From a virus: a DNA stretch of 64,000 nt. The stretch lies in IMG/VR virus record IMGVR_UViG_3300045988_049479, positions 117,652 to 181,651 of that record. One strand, given 5' to 3'. Under the pieces are notes generated by a model. It was not told the DNA's origin. It saw only the letters and a program-made list of their open reading frames with translations, and did not search any database. A program made the position numbers and the translations under genes. The first letter of the stretch is position 1; each line of letters opens with the position of its first letter. Below, piece by piece: positions 48,927-60,298 of the stretch.

Positions 48927-50942
48927 ATGAATTTTAAAGATTTCAAGAAAGATGTAGAGTCTGCTTTCAATGCTATGATTGCAGATAATTTATTTGTAGT
49001 TAATGTAGACAAAGACCTTTTGTGGATGAGTTATCTTCTCTCCTTTGAGGACGAAACAATTCGGCAAGATCACAATTGTAATGCTTGTAAGTCTTTCATA
49101 CGTCACTATGGTAAGGTAGTCGCTATAGACCCTCAAACCTACAAGGTGAAAACCTTCTGGGATGATGTTCACACTCCTGGCTATGAAAAGACCGCATCTG
49201 ATTTAGCTAAGCTCGTTAAGGAAGCCGGAATAGGAGATATATTCATTCAGGATGTTAATGAGTTTCACGGTTGTGACCATAATGTGCAACTTCTTCCTGA
49301 TGGAACTACTAGAACTTGGACTCACTTGTACGTGACTATTCCTAACAAGTTTAAATTCAACAAGAGAGTACATCATTTCGATTCTGCCGCAGGTTATCGC
49401 GGAGATGTTAGAGCTAGAGCTGGTGTCTTTGAACGTTCTCTTTCCGAGCTTAAACTAAGTGCGGTAGAAACCGTAATTGAGTTGATAGAGGATAATAATC
49501 TCTATCGCGGAGAAGAGTTCCTAAAGACTCTGCAAGAGTTCAGAAGAACTATGCTTGAGGCCGATAATCTCTCACCAGAGGTTCGCACTAACTATTGTTG
49601 GTTTAACTTCAAATCTCCAATAGCTAAGATTAGAAATACAGCTATGGGAACTCTACTGATTGACTTAAGTAATGGTGTGGACCTGGAAAGAGCTGTTAAG
49701 TCTTATGAGAACATTATGGCTCCATCTAACTATAAGAGACCTACTGCTCTTATTACTAAGAAACAAATTGAGGCTGCTCAGAAGAAGGTTGAAGAACTTG
49801 GGTTAACTGATGCCCTTCCTCGCCGTCATGCTCGTGTAGAAGATATTTCTGTAAACGACGTTCTGTTCGTAAATAGAGATACTCGTGCACGTATGAAAGG
49901 AGGTATATTTGACTCTTTAAAAGAGACCTCAACGGTTAATCCTAAAGAGTATACCAAAGCTACTGAAATCTCAATTTCGGAGTTTGTAACTAATGTATTG
50001 CCGCACTCTAAGGATGTGCAAATTCTTGTTGAGAATAAGCATATTCCTAATTTTGTTACCCTAACTGCTCCAGAGAACCCTGATGCAGGTCAGCTGTTCA
50101 AATGGAAGAATAACTTCGCTTGGGTGTATAATGGCTCTATGGCGGATTCATTTAAGGAGAAAGTGAAAGCAGCAGGTGGTAACGTAAATGGATTCCTAAG
50201 GTGTTCTCTACACTGGTTTAACTATGATGACCTTGACCTCCATGTAACAGAACCTGGTGGTAATGAAATCTATTACGGACACAAGAGAGGATTAACTGGT
50301 GGTACACTAGATGTAGATATGAACGCTGGTTCTGGTAAAACCAGAGATGCAGTTGAGAATATTATCTGGACTGACCAATCTAGACTCAGAGCAGGTCAAT
50401 ATGTAGTGAGAGTGCATAACTTCTGCAAAAGAGAGCATATAGACTTTGGATTCGAGGTAGAAATCGAAATCAATGGAGAGCTTCATAAGTTCAACTATGA
50501 TAAGATGGTGCCAGACAGAGAATATATTACGGTAGCAACTATCAAGGTAGATTCTATTGGTAATATAACCCTAAGTCCGGTAATTGCCGAAGGTGCAACC
50601 TCATATAAGTCTATGAACGAGTGGGGCATTGATACTATGCGTTTCCAAACTGTTTCTTGCATCATGTATTCTCCAAATTATTGGGAAGGTAATGAAATAG
50701 GAAACAAGCACCTATTCTTCATGATTGATGGATGTAAAAATCCTGACCCAGTTCGAGGATTCTTCAATGAATATCTGAGACCCGATCTCGAAAAAGATCA
50801 TAAGAGAGTATTCGAAGCTATTGGCTCTAGAGCTAAAGCAGAATACAACGATAACCAGTTGAGTGGACTAGGATTCTCTAGTACGTCTCACGACGAGGTT
50901 GTAGTTAAAGTTGATAATAAACCATTTAAAATTAAATTCTAA
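48927..50942 (+). CDS. Large hypothetical protein
   Basis: Tracker ORF of 671 aa with no TAG. Confidence 0.5.
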   Translation: MNFKDFKKDVESAFNAMIADNLFVVNVDKDLLWMSYLLSFEDETIRQDHNCNACKSFIRHYGKVVAIDPQTYKVKTFWDDVHTPGYEKTASDLAKLVKEAGIGDIFIQDVNEFHGCDHNVQLLPDGTTRTWTHLYVTIPNKFKFNKRVHHFDSAAGYRGDVRARAGVFERSLSELKLSAVETVIELIEDNNLYRGEEFLKTLQEFRRTMLEADNLSPEVRTNYCWFNFKSPIAKIRNTAMGTLLIDLSNGVDLERAVKSYENIMAPSNYKRPTALITKKQIEAAQKKVEELGLTDALPRRHARVEDISVNDVLFVNRDTRARMKGGIFDSLKETSTVNPKEYTKATEISISEFVTNVLPHSKDVQILVENKHIPNFVTLTAPENPDAGQLFKWKNNFAWVYNGSMADSFKEKVKAAGGNVNGFLRCSLHWFNYDDLDLHVTEPGGNEIYYGHKRGLTGGTLDVDMNAGSGKTRDAVENIIWTDQSRLRAGQYVVRVHNFCKREHIDFGFEVEIEINGELHKFNYDKMVPDREYITVATIKVDSIGNITLSPVIAEGATSYKSMNEWGIDTMRFQTVSCIMYSPNYWEGNEIGNKHLFFMIDGCKNPDPVRGFFNEYLRPDLEKDHKRVFEAIGSRAKAEYNDNQLSGLGFSSTSHDEVVVKVDNKPFKIKF

Positions 50943-50944
50943 TT

Positions 50945-51319
50945 ATGTACAAACAAGCGTCTAAAATGAAGTTGCGCTTTGCAACTAGTAAAGGTAATTT
51001 GAGTGTGGAAGATTTGTGGGACCTAAGTCTGCCTGCATTGGACAGACTGGCAGTGTCCTATGACGAAGAATTAGCCAAGAGTCCTAGAAAATCTTTCATA
51101 ACTAATGATACTCCTAGCAATAGCGAACTGGAGTTAAAGTTCAACATTGTGAAAGATGTTATCACTGATAAGCTGAAAGACAAGGCCGCTAGAGAAGCAG
51201 CTAAAGATAAGGCAGCTGAGAAGGCACGCCTGACTGAACTGCTGGCTAAGAAACAGTCCGAGAAAATGGAAAGTATGTCCGAAGATGAAATCAGACAACG
51301 ACTTGCAGAACTCGGATAA
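50945..51319 (+). CDS. Hypothetical protein
   Basis: Tracker ORF of 124 aa. Confidence 0.4.
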   Translation: MYKQASKMKLRFATSKGNLSVEDLWDLSLPALDRLAVSYDEELAKSPRKSFITNDTPSNSELELKFNIVKDVITDKLKDKAAREAAKDKAAEKARLTELLAKKQSEKMESMSEDEIRQRLAELG

Positions 51320-51685
51320 TTGTGTCGTATTGAAAACAGTTAGTCCACAAATCTTAGATAAACTAAGAGAAAGTGGATTGACTGTTTGTACGTGTTGTGA
51401 ATTTCCTGGTACAGCCTGGTTAGTATTCAGACCAAATATGCCTACATCGGATATTCACGGTGAGGGGTATGACTTCGAAGAGATAGGACTTTTTGGAACA
51501 GAGGCCGTTCTCAAATACTTCGAAGCTAACACTCCGAATTATGTAGATTGCGGAACTGATGTCGATAAATTTATTAACATTTGTTTGCAGTTTAAATAAG
51601 TTAACGGTTTTTAACTTTGAATTTAACACTTGTACTGTTATTATAGTAAGTTGATTAGCGGTACGTGAGTATAGCTAATCACTAT

Positions 51686-51771
51686 GCCCGAATGGTGGAA
51701 TTGGTAGACACGTCAGATTTAAGCTCTGATGCCCAGTAATGGGCGTGTGGGTTCGAGTCCCACTTCGGGTA
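51686..51771 (+). tRNA. tRNA-Leu(TAA), type II
   Basis: Acceptor gcccgaa/ttcgggt; anticodon arm tcaga-TTTAAGC-tctga; long variable arm. Confidence 0.75.
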
Positions 51772-51962
51772 CTAATTTAATATCAATAATATGGAAAGAT
51801 ATATAGAAGAACTTATTGAAATATATAGAAAAAATACTCTAAAGTCAGATGAAGAATTAGAATCTCTGAAGAGTTTACTTAGAAATGTTCATCGTGATGG
51901 ATTTATAGCAGGAGAAGAATCAATAATTAATGTTGTGGATAAACTAACAAAACGTAACTAAT

Positions 51963-52874
51963 ATGAACAGTGTATTTTTTGGAAATGAAGGGTTGACTTC
52001 TACGTCAGCAAACTTCTATGCGAACATCGCACAAGAAATGATTCAAGCAGCACAGGAACGCTTGAATAATGTGAAATTCTTTCAAGTATCTGTAGCCTCT
52101 ATCGGTGGAGGAGAAAAGCAGTTAATGACAGTAGGACAAAAGTCCCTTGACTTTATAAAAGATGATTTGGAAAAGGTCGCTGCCATGAATAGTTTTTGTG
52201 CTTGGGTACGAGAAGCTATCAAAGAGAAAGAAGGAATGATTGGCAAAGTATCTGCTACTATGCTTGATGATTGGGCAGAAAGTCAGGGAATAGGACTGCC
52301 AGAGCAGCCTAAGTATCCAGAAGCTCTACCTTCTCCGACTGAAGAGACTATCATAAAGTCGTGGGATATTAACAAGAGAAATAAATTCCTAAGATTAGAG
52401 GCGTTTGCTTCTACCTATGGAAAGTATATTCATCCAAAAGGAGCCTTTAGTAAGGCACGAAAAGAAGTTCATGCAGCTGAGAATTGTCCTATCTATAAGG
52501 AAGGCTCTGGAAGAGATTTAATTCTCTACTACCAAGACCCTACCATCGAAGTAGAAAAAGTGGACAATATGTTCATGTCTCTTCAAGATACCTATCGTTC
52601 TTACGAGAAGGAGTTAAATGCTCTTAAAGCTGAGCTTAAGGAGGAGGTTAATAAACTTTCTAACACTCAAGAACAAGAGTATCGTGAGAAAATGGCTGAA
52701 TTTAAAGCAAACTACGACAAATATACCTCCGAATTAGGAGAGTTGAGAAGTCGTTTCAATAGTTGGAAAACTTCTGAAATGGAACGTATTTCCAAACTAA
52801 AAATCGCTTTGCCTAAGAATCTTTTAGATATTTTCGAAGAGATTAGGAGACAAGGCGACTCTTCCTCTAAGTAA
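51963..52874 (+). CDS. Hypothetical protein
   Basis: Tracker ORF of 303 aa. Confidence 0.45.
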   Translation: MNSVFFGNEGLTSTSANFYANIAQEMIQAAQERLNNVKFFQVSVASIGGGEKQLMTVGQKSLDFIKDDLEKVAAMNSFCAWVREAIKEKEGMIGKVSATMLDDWAESQGIGLPEQPKYPEALPSPTEETIIKSWDINKRNKFLRLEAFASTYGKYIHPKGAFSKARKEVHAAENCPIYKEGSGRDLILYYQDPTIEVEKVDNMFMSLQDTYRSYEKELNALKAELKEEVNKLSNTQEQEYREKMAEFKANYDKYTSELGELRSRFNSWKTSEMERISKLKIALPKNLLDIFEEIRRQGDSSSK

Positions 52875-52924
52875 TTAGAGGACTTCCGTAGGAAGCTAAC
52901 ATAACATACTTAACAGGAATAATT

Positions 52925-53206
52925 ATGAACAGTATATTTTTAAATCCGCATGGATTTAATCTTTATTCGCTGGCTACACAAAAATTTACAACCCACTCTC
53001 TAATTGAGAGTCTTTGTCTTAGTCTTTGTTAGTGTAGCTAGGTCTTTGACTACGGCTTCATCTTTGCCTGCGCGTTAGCTTCCTACATAGCTCGTCAACC
53101 ACGTGTTGAAGGAGTTACGGAATCCCTTCGGGATTCTAGCCTTTTGCTTCAGTTACAAGTAATCTTTAAACTTGGTGACTATTATCCCAAATTCTCAACA
53201 AGATGA
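52925..53206 (+). CDS. Small hydrophobic protein (93 codons) with two in-frame TAG (53030, 53039); shares the MNS(V/I)F N-terminus with the preceding gene
   Basis: Codon-by-codon manual translation from ATG to TGA. Confidence 0.35.
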
Positions 53207-53266
53207 AGAGGGAGGTTGACCAACCTAATAATGGTACAAGCTCTTCGGAGTGATAGGAGTGGGGAA

Positions 53267-53307
53267 AGTATCTGGTGAAGCACAGATACTGGAACCACTC
53301 TTTTTTT
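53267..53307 (+). terminator. Rho-independent terminator candidate (agtatctg-gtgaagca-cagatact followed by T7)
   Basis: An 8-bp perfect stem followed within 10 nt by tttttttt. Confidence 0.4.
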
Positions 53308-53347
53308 GATAGATAAAATGATTATTAACTAATTTAAATTAAGAAAA

Positions 53348-53521
53348 ATGAAGAAAGTACTATTGCTTTTCGGAATGGTTGCACTGATGTCTGCTTGTGC
53401 AGGTAATACAAAAACTCAGGCTCCAGAAAACGATTCTATCGCAATCGTTAAAGAAGTTGCTGACACAATGAGTGTAGACACTCTAGGTGTGGATAGTCTT
53501 GTAATTGATAGTATTCAGTAA
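53348..53521 (+). CDS. Small lipoprotein (57 aa; lipobox LMSAC)
   Basis: ATG at 53348 begins MKKVLLLFGMVALMSACAGN... and runs to the TAA at 53519. Confidence 0.35.
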   Translation: MKKVLLLFGMVALMSACAGNTKTQAPENDSIAIVKEVADTMSVDTLGVDSLVIDSIQ

Positions 53522-54569
53522 TATGGATTTTATCGCAACCAGAGTCAATGAACTCTTAAGTAGGGTATCTCCTATTAAGCGATGGCTTATTTCTGATGTT
53601 GCGAATGAATATTATCGAGCAGGATATCAAGATGGTCAGAAACTAGTCTACAGAAATGTGTTAAAGGGAAGCGCATTGAGAGAGTTTATCGAAATTCTAA
53701 ATCATTGCGGAATTAAACTTAGTTACAACTTACGTAAGGGTGGGCTACTGGTCAGTGTAAGAACTGATAAGTTGTCCAACTTACAGAATCTTGTTAATTG
53801 TTACAAAAATGAGCAAAACAAAGAGAACAGTCCTGACAAGGGATGATTGTCCCCCATTGGAGGAACAATACAAAAGCATTATGGAGAACTTTGATTTTGA
53901 TAAGGTTCTGGAGTATATGCAGTGGAACAAGAGTCATAGAGAGTATGATGACGAGGGTCGCTGTATAGGCAAAAGTACATGGAAAATGTATGTAGGTCCG
54001 AACGAACACAGAGTTCCCACTCTTTACGAACTATCCAGAAATGCTAGTATACTACTAAGAGAAGTAATGAAGCTGTACAATGACAACAAAAGTCCTTATC
54101 TTTCTATAGCTACTGGACCATTCAAGGTTATTTGCAGATATGGGATGCTGGAACTTATAGCTTGCCTAGAAACTTGGAGTTATGATTGAATTTAATCAGA
54201 TTTTTTGTGAGGATTTGAAAGATGATTTCGAGGAAGCTGGTAGGCATGAGAGAAATTTCGAGTTAGACGAGTTTATTCAGAAGGATTTAAGTAGAGCATT
54301 TGCGTTTGGTTATTGTCATTTAGACTGGATAAAGGAGAAAATGTGGTTTCCTGTTCCTATTAGGAAGGCTTTACGGCATTTAGGAGACGACCTAGAAGAT
54401 TTTGCTCCTCAGCTTAAATGGCTTAACGAAAAATATGGTGCTATAGGAAAGAGAGTTAGAATTGTTGATTACGCAAACTATATTTTAGATAATATATTTT
54501 GTGACAATCAAGACGATTTGCTAAAGATAGCAATATTACTCGGAACTAACATGAGAGTAAATACTGCTG

Positions 54570-55013
54570 ATGAGCAGGCTAGAAGTGTTCACTGATGGAG
54601 CTTTTAGCTCGTCTAGAGACACAGGAGGAGTAGGAGTTGTATTCGTAATTGATGGGGAAAAAGCCTATGAATTTAGTAAGATGATTCCTAATACTACTAA
54701 TAATAAATGTGAGTTGTTAGCAGTAATTTATGCTCTAAATGCAGTAAGTCGTAAAATCGAATCTCTGACTATTTACTCAGATTCTCAGTACGTCATAGGA
54801 TGTGCTACTAAAGGATGGAAAAGAAAGAAGAATGTAGAGTTATGGAATTTATACGACAAGGTCTTAAATAAGGCAAAGCAATTTTGTCCTAATATAGATT
54901 TTTGTTGGGTGAAAGGACATACTTCAAGTTCAGACTTCTTTTCTCAGATGAATAATCTCGCAGATAAATTAGCAGTTGAAGCAAGTCAGGAATATGAAAC
55001 TAAGAAAGAATAA
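54570..55013 (+). CDS. rnhA: RNase H (type I)
   Basis: The motifs EVFTDGA, CELLAVIYAL, IYSDSQYV and ADKLA are spaced as the D-E-D-D residues of RNase HI. Confidence 0.6.
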   Translation: MSRLEVFTDGAFSSSRDTGGVGVVFVIDGEKAYEFSKMIPNTTNNKCELLAVIYALNAVSRKIESLTIYSDSQYVIGCATKGWKRKKNVELWNLYDKVLNKAKQFCPNIDFCWVKGHTSSSDFFSQMNNLADKLAVEASQEYETKKE

Positions 55014-55426
55014 GAATAAGAAACTTATCAAAGAAGCTATGAAGTTTTATCCATTCGATTATGGATTTGTTCTCTCTTTAGAGAAACAAGCCCTAATTAG
55101 AATGTATGAATACTTTAAGGTATCTAGAATTGCGGAAGGCAATGAACGTGTCGAAAAAGAGCTAAATCTAGCACTAAAGCTATTAGATATTGTGCTAGAA
55201 ATAGATTCTGCGTATCACCATGACTTTAGACCTGGGTCAAAGGGATTTGTAGATAGACACATAAATACTAAAAATTGGAATCGATTCCACCCTAAGGCTG
55301 CTGATCTCGATTGGAATACCCCAATCCTTAAAGATTATCTGAGAAGAGAAAAGGCCTGGTACTTATACAACAAACTAAAGTTTGAACGTATGAGGTCTTG
55401 GTGGGATTAATTTAATTAATAGAATT

Positions 55427-56443
55427 ATGAAGAAAATTTTTAGTATTATTTGTTTGTGTTTAATGTGCGTGTTTGCTAGCGCACAAGTTGTTGAAACTGG
55501 AAGTTTGAAAGATAACTGGTATGTTTCTGGTAATGTAGGTACTACAATTTGGGACAACTCAAGAAGTTGGGCTGAACCTCATGATGTATTAGTAAATATT
55601 GCGGTGGGTAAAGAAATTACTCCTATCTTCGGACTAGAGTTAGATATGATGGCAGGTATGAATCAAGGCAGTAAAACGTTCTTCGATTCCCATAACCTTA
55701 CAGCTAATGTAACTACTAATCTAACTAATCTTATTTGTGGATACGAAGGCTCTAGACGTTTATTTGAGCCTGTATTACTGATAGGTGCTGGTTGGTATCA
55801 TACTTATGGTGATGTTTATAATAATGTATCTGCAAGAGGTGCAATTAGATGCAACTTTAATATTACTGATAGTTGGGCACTAAATGTTACTCCAGAGTAT
55901 ATACTACTTCCAAAGACTACTCCTCTAAATCATGAAGTAAATGTTTATGTAGGAGCTACTTACCGATTTAAGTCTAATAAAGGAAACTTTCCTATGATGA
56001 AACTATATAGTGACGCTGAAGTAGAAAGTCTTAATGCTGCCATTAACGAGTTGAGGGCTAAGAATAGCGAATTGGAATCTCGTAAACCAGTAGAAATAAT
56101 TAAGACTGATACTATAGTAGTTACTAAAGTAGAACTTCTTACACCTAAAATTCAGTTTTTACAGAACTCTTCTGAAATCTCTACAACTTCTAATGTTGCA
56201 GTATCGGAGTTAGCAGCTTATATTTCAAATAGTGGTAAGTCATATATGATTGAGGGATATGCTTCTGAAGAAGGTCCAGTAGATTTTAATGACAACTTAG
56301 CTGTAGCTAGAGCAGAATCTATGAAGAAGGCCCTTATCAGTTATGGCGCTCCAGAGGATAAGCTTATAGTTAAAGGCTGCGGAAGCACTACTGAGTTTGG
56401 AGATAGAGAATTTAACAGAATCGTAATCGTAACAGAACAATGA
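55427..56443 (+). CDS. OmpA-family outer-membrane protein (signal peptide, beta-barrel-like N-domain, OmpA-like C-domain)
   Basis: Signal peptide MKKIFSIICLCLMCVFASA. The C-terminus YASEEGPVDFNDNLAVARAESMKKALISYG resembles the OmpA peptidoglycan-binding domain. Confidence 0.5.
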   Translation: MKKIFSIICLCLMCVFASAQVVETGSLKDNWYVSGNVGTTIWDNSRSWAEPHDVLVNIAVGKEITPIFGLELDMMAGMNQGSKTFFDSHNLTANVTTNLTNLICGYEGSRRLFEPVLLIGAGWYHTYGDVYNNVSARGAIRCNFNITDSWALNVTPEYILLPKTTPLNHEVNVYVGATYRFKSNKGNFPMMKLYSDAEVESLNAAINELRAKNSELESRKPVEIIKTDTIVVTKVELLTPKIQFLQNSSEISTTSNVAVSELAAYISNSGKSYMIEGYASEEGPVDFNDNLAVARAESMKKALISYGAPEDKLIVKGCGSTTEFGDREFNRIVIVTEQ

Positions 56444-57505
56444 AATACAAGAAAAAAGTAAAATGGTTAAAGGATAAACAGGCATGGTGGGATAAGCAGG
56501 GAAAAGATTTCCAAGCTGCAACCACTAGACCTGGTTCCGTTAAAACTCGATAATCTATGTTAGCTATTATACTAGCAATAGTCTTGATAATCGCCTTTAT
56601 TTATTACGACCCATATGTAGATATTACAGAGGATAATGTCTTATTATGGTATAATGGTAAGGGATATAGGGAATACATTATTCTGTGGTCCAGAAATACT
56701 AATTAAGTATGGACGTAAAGATTATGTTGATAAGTGATTGTATAGGAGTTGTGCTCTATGCGCTCCTATACTATACACTTTATCATACCTATGAACTAGA
56801 TTATTTAGGTTCTGGAAGGTGGAGAAGGTGGAGAAGAATATCTGTGCCTGGTTGGGCTGTAGTTATAGCCCTAGTGAGCCTATGTCTTCCTCCTGTAGCT
56901 GTCTCGCTTTCTATAGTAAGCTGGATTATATATATGCTTAAGTTTCTCGGCGATAAATATTACGAGGTAGACGTTTCTTTTATTAAGTTTTTATCAAACT
57001 CAATACATGACACGAATATTTAAACATCTAATTAGGATTATTAAGCATAAATACTGGGTAGCACACTATTGTTTCCAGTTAGGTCTTTATTGGCAGGGAA
57101 TAGTACATGACTGGTCTAAGTTTAGCTATACTGAATTTAGTAGGTCAATAAAGTACTGGGACGATGCTATTAGTCCTCTAGCTAATGAGAAAAACATACA
57201 CGGATATTCTGAAACCTTCCTACATCATCGAGGAAGAAATCCACATCACTATGAATATTGGGTTCATAGTTTAGATGAAGGAGGAGTTCCAGCGAAAATG
57301 CCAAGAAAATATGCTTTGGAATTAGTCTGTGATTATCTGGCTGCTGGGAGAACCTATAATAAAGATTTTACCTATGGGAGTGAGTACAACTGGTGGATTA
57401 AATTTCTAAGTTCACCTAGAGCTATACACCCCGAAACCAAGGACTTCGTAACTAAATGCTTTAGGCATTTGAGTGCCGGAGGTAATATTAAATATTTATT
57501 GAAAA

Positions 57506-58330
57506 TTGACTATGAGTAAGATAATAGGGCAAGACAAGTTAATTAAGGAAGTTAATAGAATATTTCAGGTATTTGTAAATAGTAATTGCAAGATAAGATC
57601 GCACTTTATTCTTACAGGTGAGAGTGGGTCTGGTAAGAGCTTTACTATTAAACAGTTATGTGATATGAATGAACTTAACTTTCTAGAAGTTAATGCAGCT
57701 CAAATAACTAAAGAGGGTATTTCTGGAAATAGTTTAAGCAAAATTCTATCTCCGCTTGTTAACTATAGTCACACACCTATCGTAGTCTTCGTAGACGAGT
57801 TTGATAAACTTTTCATCAACGGAAACACTAATAGCCAACTAGCTAATGAATCTACTGCCAGTGTACAGAACGAGTTTCTCAAACTTTTAGAGTCTGATAC
57901 TACTAGTGTTTTTGGCGATTATGGGAAGTACATATCAGTCCCTATTGATAATGTACTATTTGTGTTTGCCGGAGCGTTCAATAATGAGCCTCACATTACA
58001 TTAGATAGACTAAGAGACTTTGGAGTTAAAACAGAGTTTCTTGGAAGAGTAGGATTAATCTACAATACTAAACCTCTCACTCTAGAGGATTTGTATTCTA
58101 TCTTGGAGTGTTCAGACTTGTTACAGAATTATCTTGACTTATTCTTTAATGTGAATAGAGAACAAGTCATTAGTGATTTGAAAGGGTATCTTGAAAGCTC
58201 TTTTCGCAATAATACTCTTGGAGCAAGAACAATTAATACTCTTATTCACCAATACTTTATCAAAGGTGGAAAACTCGAAACTGAAGAAGTAAAAGAAATA
58301 ACTTTTAACAAAAAATTAGAATGGAAATAA
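57506..58330 (+). CDS. AAA+ ATPase (ClpX/MoxR-like)
   Basis: Walker A GESGSGKS; Walker B VVFVDEFDK. Confidence 0.5.
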   Translation: MTMSKIIGQDKLIKEVNRIFQVFVNSNCKIRSHFILTGESGSGKSFTIKQLCDMNELNFLEVNAAQITKEGISGNSLSKILSPLVNYSHTPIVVFVDEFDKLFINGNTNSQLANESTASVQNEFLKLLESDTTSVFGDYGKYISVPIDNVLFVFAGAFNNEPHITLDRLRDFGVKTEFLGRVGLIYNTKPLTLEDLYSILECSDLLQNYLDLFFNVNREQVISDLKGYLESSFRNNTLGARTINTLIHQYFIKGGKLETEEVKEITFNKKLEWK

Positions 58331-59871
58331 TTAATGCTACAGATGGTTACAAATTGGGCCATCACAGAATGTACCCCGAAGGTACTGAACAAGTTTATAG
58401 TAACTGGACTCCTAGAAGTAATAAATACTTCCCAGAAGCAACCGAAGGTTCAGTAGTATTTGGTATTCAATACCTAATCAAAGAATATCTCATTAAACAG
58501 TTTGAGAAAAACTTCTTTAATTTACCAAAGAAGGAAGCTGTGGAGATGTTCTATCGTAGAGTAAACAACTTTGTTGGTATTGAATCCGTTGGGTACAGAC
58601 ATATTGAAGCTTTATATGACCTTGGGTATCTACCAATTCGCATAAAGGCTCTTCCTGAAGGTTCTGTGTGCCCTATTCGGGTTCCCATGATGACCATTAC
58701 AAATACCCTACCCGAGTTCTTTTGGTTAACTAACTACTTAGAGACTATTATCAGCTGTACCTTGTGGATGCCATGCACATCTGCTACTAGAGCTAGGCTT
58801 TATAAGAAAGAGCTACATCGTCATGCTTGCAAGACTGGTTTTCCAACAGATGTAAATCTTGGTTTTTGTTGTCATGATTTCTCAATGCGAGGTATGGCGG
58901 GAATGGAAGCTGCAATCATATCTGGTATGGCGCATATGACTTCTTTTGTGGGAAGTGAGACTATTCCAGCTATTGCTGCCCTGGAAGAATATTATGGAGC
59001 TAATTCAGACGAGGAATTGATTGCTGCTACAGTTCCAGCAACAGAACACTCTGTAATGTGTGCTGGAGGGGAGGAAGATGAGCTGGGCACTTTCAAACGT
59101 CTAATTAATGATTTGTATCCTTCTGGGTTTGTTTCTATTGTATCTGATACTTGGGATTTCTGGAATGTAATTGAAAATTTCTTACCCAAGCTGAAGAAAG
59201 ACATTATGGCTCGTGATGGTAGAGTAGTAATCCGTCCTGATAGTGGAGACCCAGTAGATATAATCTGCGGGTTGAGAACTAATCCTCACTTCAATACCAG
59301 AATGAAAGAAGGTAAGTATTATTGCTGCTATGCTCCGTTTAACGACGATGCAGAGTATGTTGAAGTGTCCGAAGGTCAATATTATGGGGCATATTATATG
59401 CTTGGTAAAATCTTCGGATGGAATACTACTTCAAAGGATTACCGCTATCCTAGCACTAAGGTTGGTCTGCTTTATGGAGATTCTATTACTCTAGAACGTC
59501 AAAAGCAAATCTACTTGAGATTAGAAAACGCTCATATGGCGGCTTGTAATCTCGTTCTTGGAGTAGGTTCATATTCCTATCAGTATGCAAGTAGAGATAG
59601 TCTTGGGTTTGCTATTAAGGCTACTGCTTGCGTAGTAAATGGCGAGTTGAAAGAAATCTTCAAACATCCTAAAACTGATGATGGTACTAAGAACTCTTTG
59701 AAAGGTTTGATTGCTGTCTATAAAGGTCTGGATGGGAAGTATACTGCTACCGACCAGGTCTCAATCGAGGAAGAAAAAGAGGGATGCTTAGAGACTGTCT
59801 TTGAAGATGGTATCTTGAAGAAAGAATATTCTCTTGAAGAAATCAGACAAAGAATTGACCATGGACTTTAA
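58321..59871 (+). CDS. nadV: Nicotinamide phosphoribosyltransferase (NAMPT/NadV)
   Basis: The stretches ATDGYKLGHHRMYPEGTEQVY, IKALPEGSVCPIRVPMMTITNTLPEFFWLTNYLETI, HDFSMRG, VSDTWD and IRPDSGDP match conserved NAMPT blocks. Confidence 0.75.
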   Translation: MEIINATDGYKLGHHRMYPEGTEQVYSNWTPRSNKYFPEATEGSVVFGIQYLIKEYLIKQFEKNFFNLPKKEAVEMFYRRVNNFVGIESVGYRHIEALYDLGYLPIRIKALPEGSVCPIRVPMMTITNTLPEFFWLTNYLETIISCTLWMPCTSATRARLYKKELHRHACKTGFPTDVNLGFCCHDFSMRGMAGMEAAIISGMAHMTSFVGSETIPAIAALEEYYGANSDEELIAATVPATEHSVMCAGGEEDELGTFKRLINDLYPSGFVSIVSDTWDFWNVIENFLPKLKKDIMARDGRVVIRPDSGDPVDIICGLRTNPHFNTRMKEGKYYCCYAPFNDDAEYVEVSEGQYYGAYYMLGKIFGWNTTSKDYRYPSTKVGLLYGDSITLERQKQIYLRLENAHMAACNLVLGVGSYSYQYASRDSLGFAIKATACVVNGELKEIFKHPKTDDGTKNSLKGLIAVYKGLDGKYTATDQVSIEEEKEGCLETVFEDGILKKEYSLEEIRQRIDHGL

Positions 59872-60298
59872 TCATCCTTTTGGGAAAGAAGCTTGCAAGA
59901 AACGACTATTAGAAGAGTATCATAAATACAGAAAGCTAATAGTCGCTTTCGATTTTGATAATACTATTTTCGATTACCATAATACTGGCGGAGATTATAG
60001 TTGCGTTATAGAACTACTTAAAGAATGCTCACTTCTAGGTTTTGAAATGATTTTATTCACCACTGATGAAGATGATTATAAAATTATGGCAAAGCAGACA
60101 ATTTGTATGCGATTAGGAATAGCAAATATTACTTCTAATACTTTATCTGCTCCAAACATTAGTAGTTCTATATTCTCTAAATCTAAGAAACCTTATTACA
60201 ATATCCTCCTAGATGATAGGGCAGGTCTAGAAGAAAGTTATGAAATCTTAAAATATGTAGTAGATGAAATTAAACTTAATCAACAAGGAAATCAGTGA
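59834..60298 (+). CDS. HAD-like hydrolase (tentative)
   Basis: VAFDFDNTIFDY resembles HAD motif I. Confidence 0.3.
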   Translation: MKKSDKELTMDFNHPFGKEACKKRLLEEYHKYRKLIVAFDFDNTIFDYHNTGGDYSCVIELLKECSLLGFEMILFTTDEDDYKIMAKQTICMRLGIANITSNTLSAPNISSSIFSKSKKPYYNILLDDRAGLEESYEILKYVVDEIKLNQQGNQ

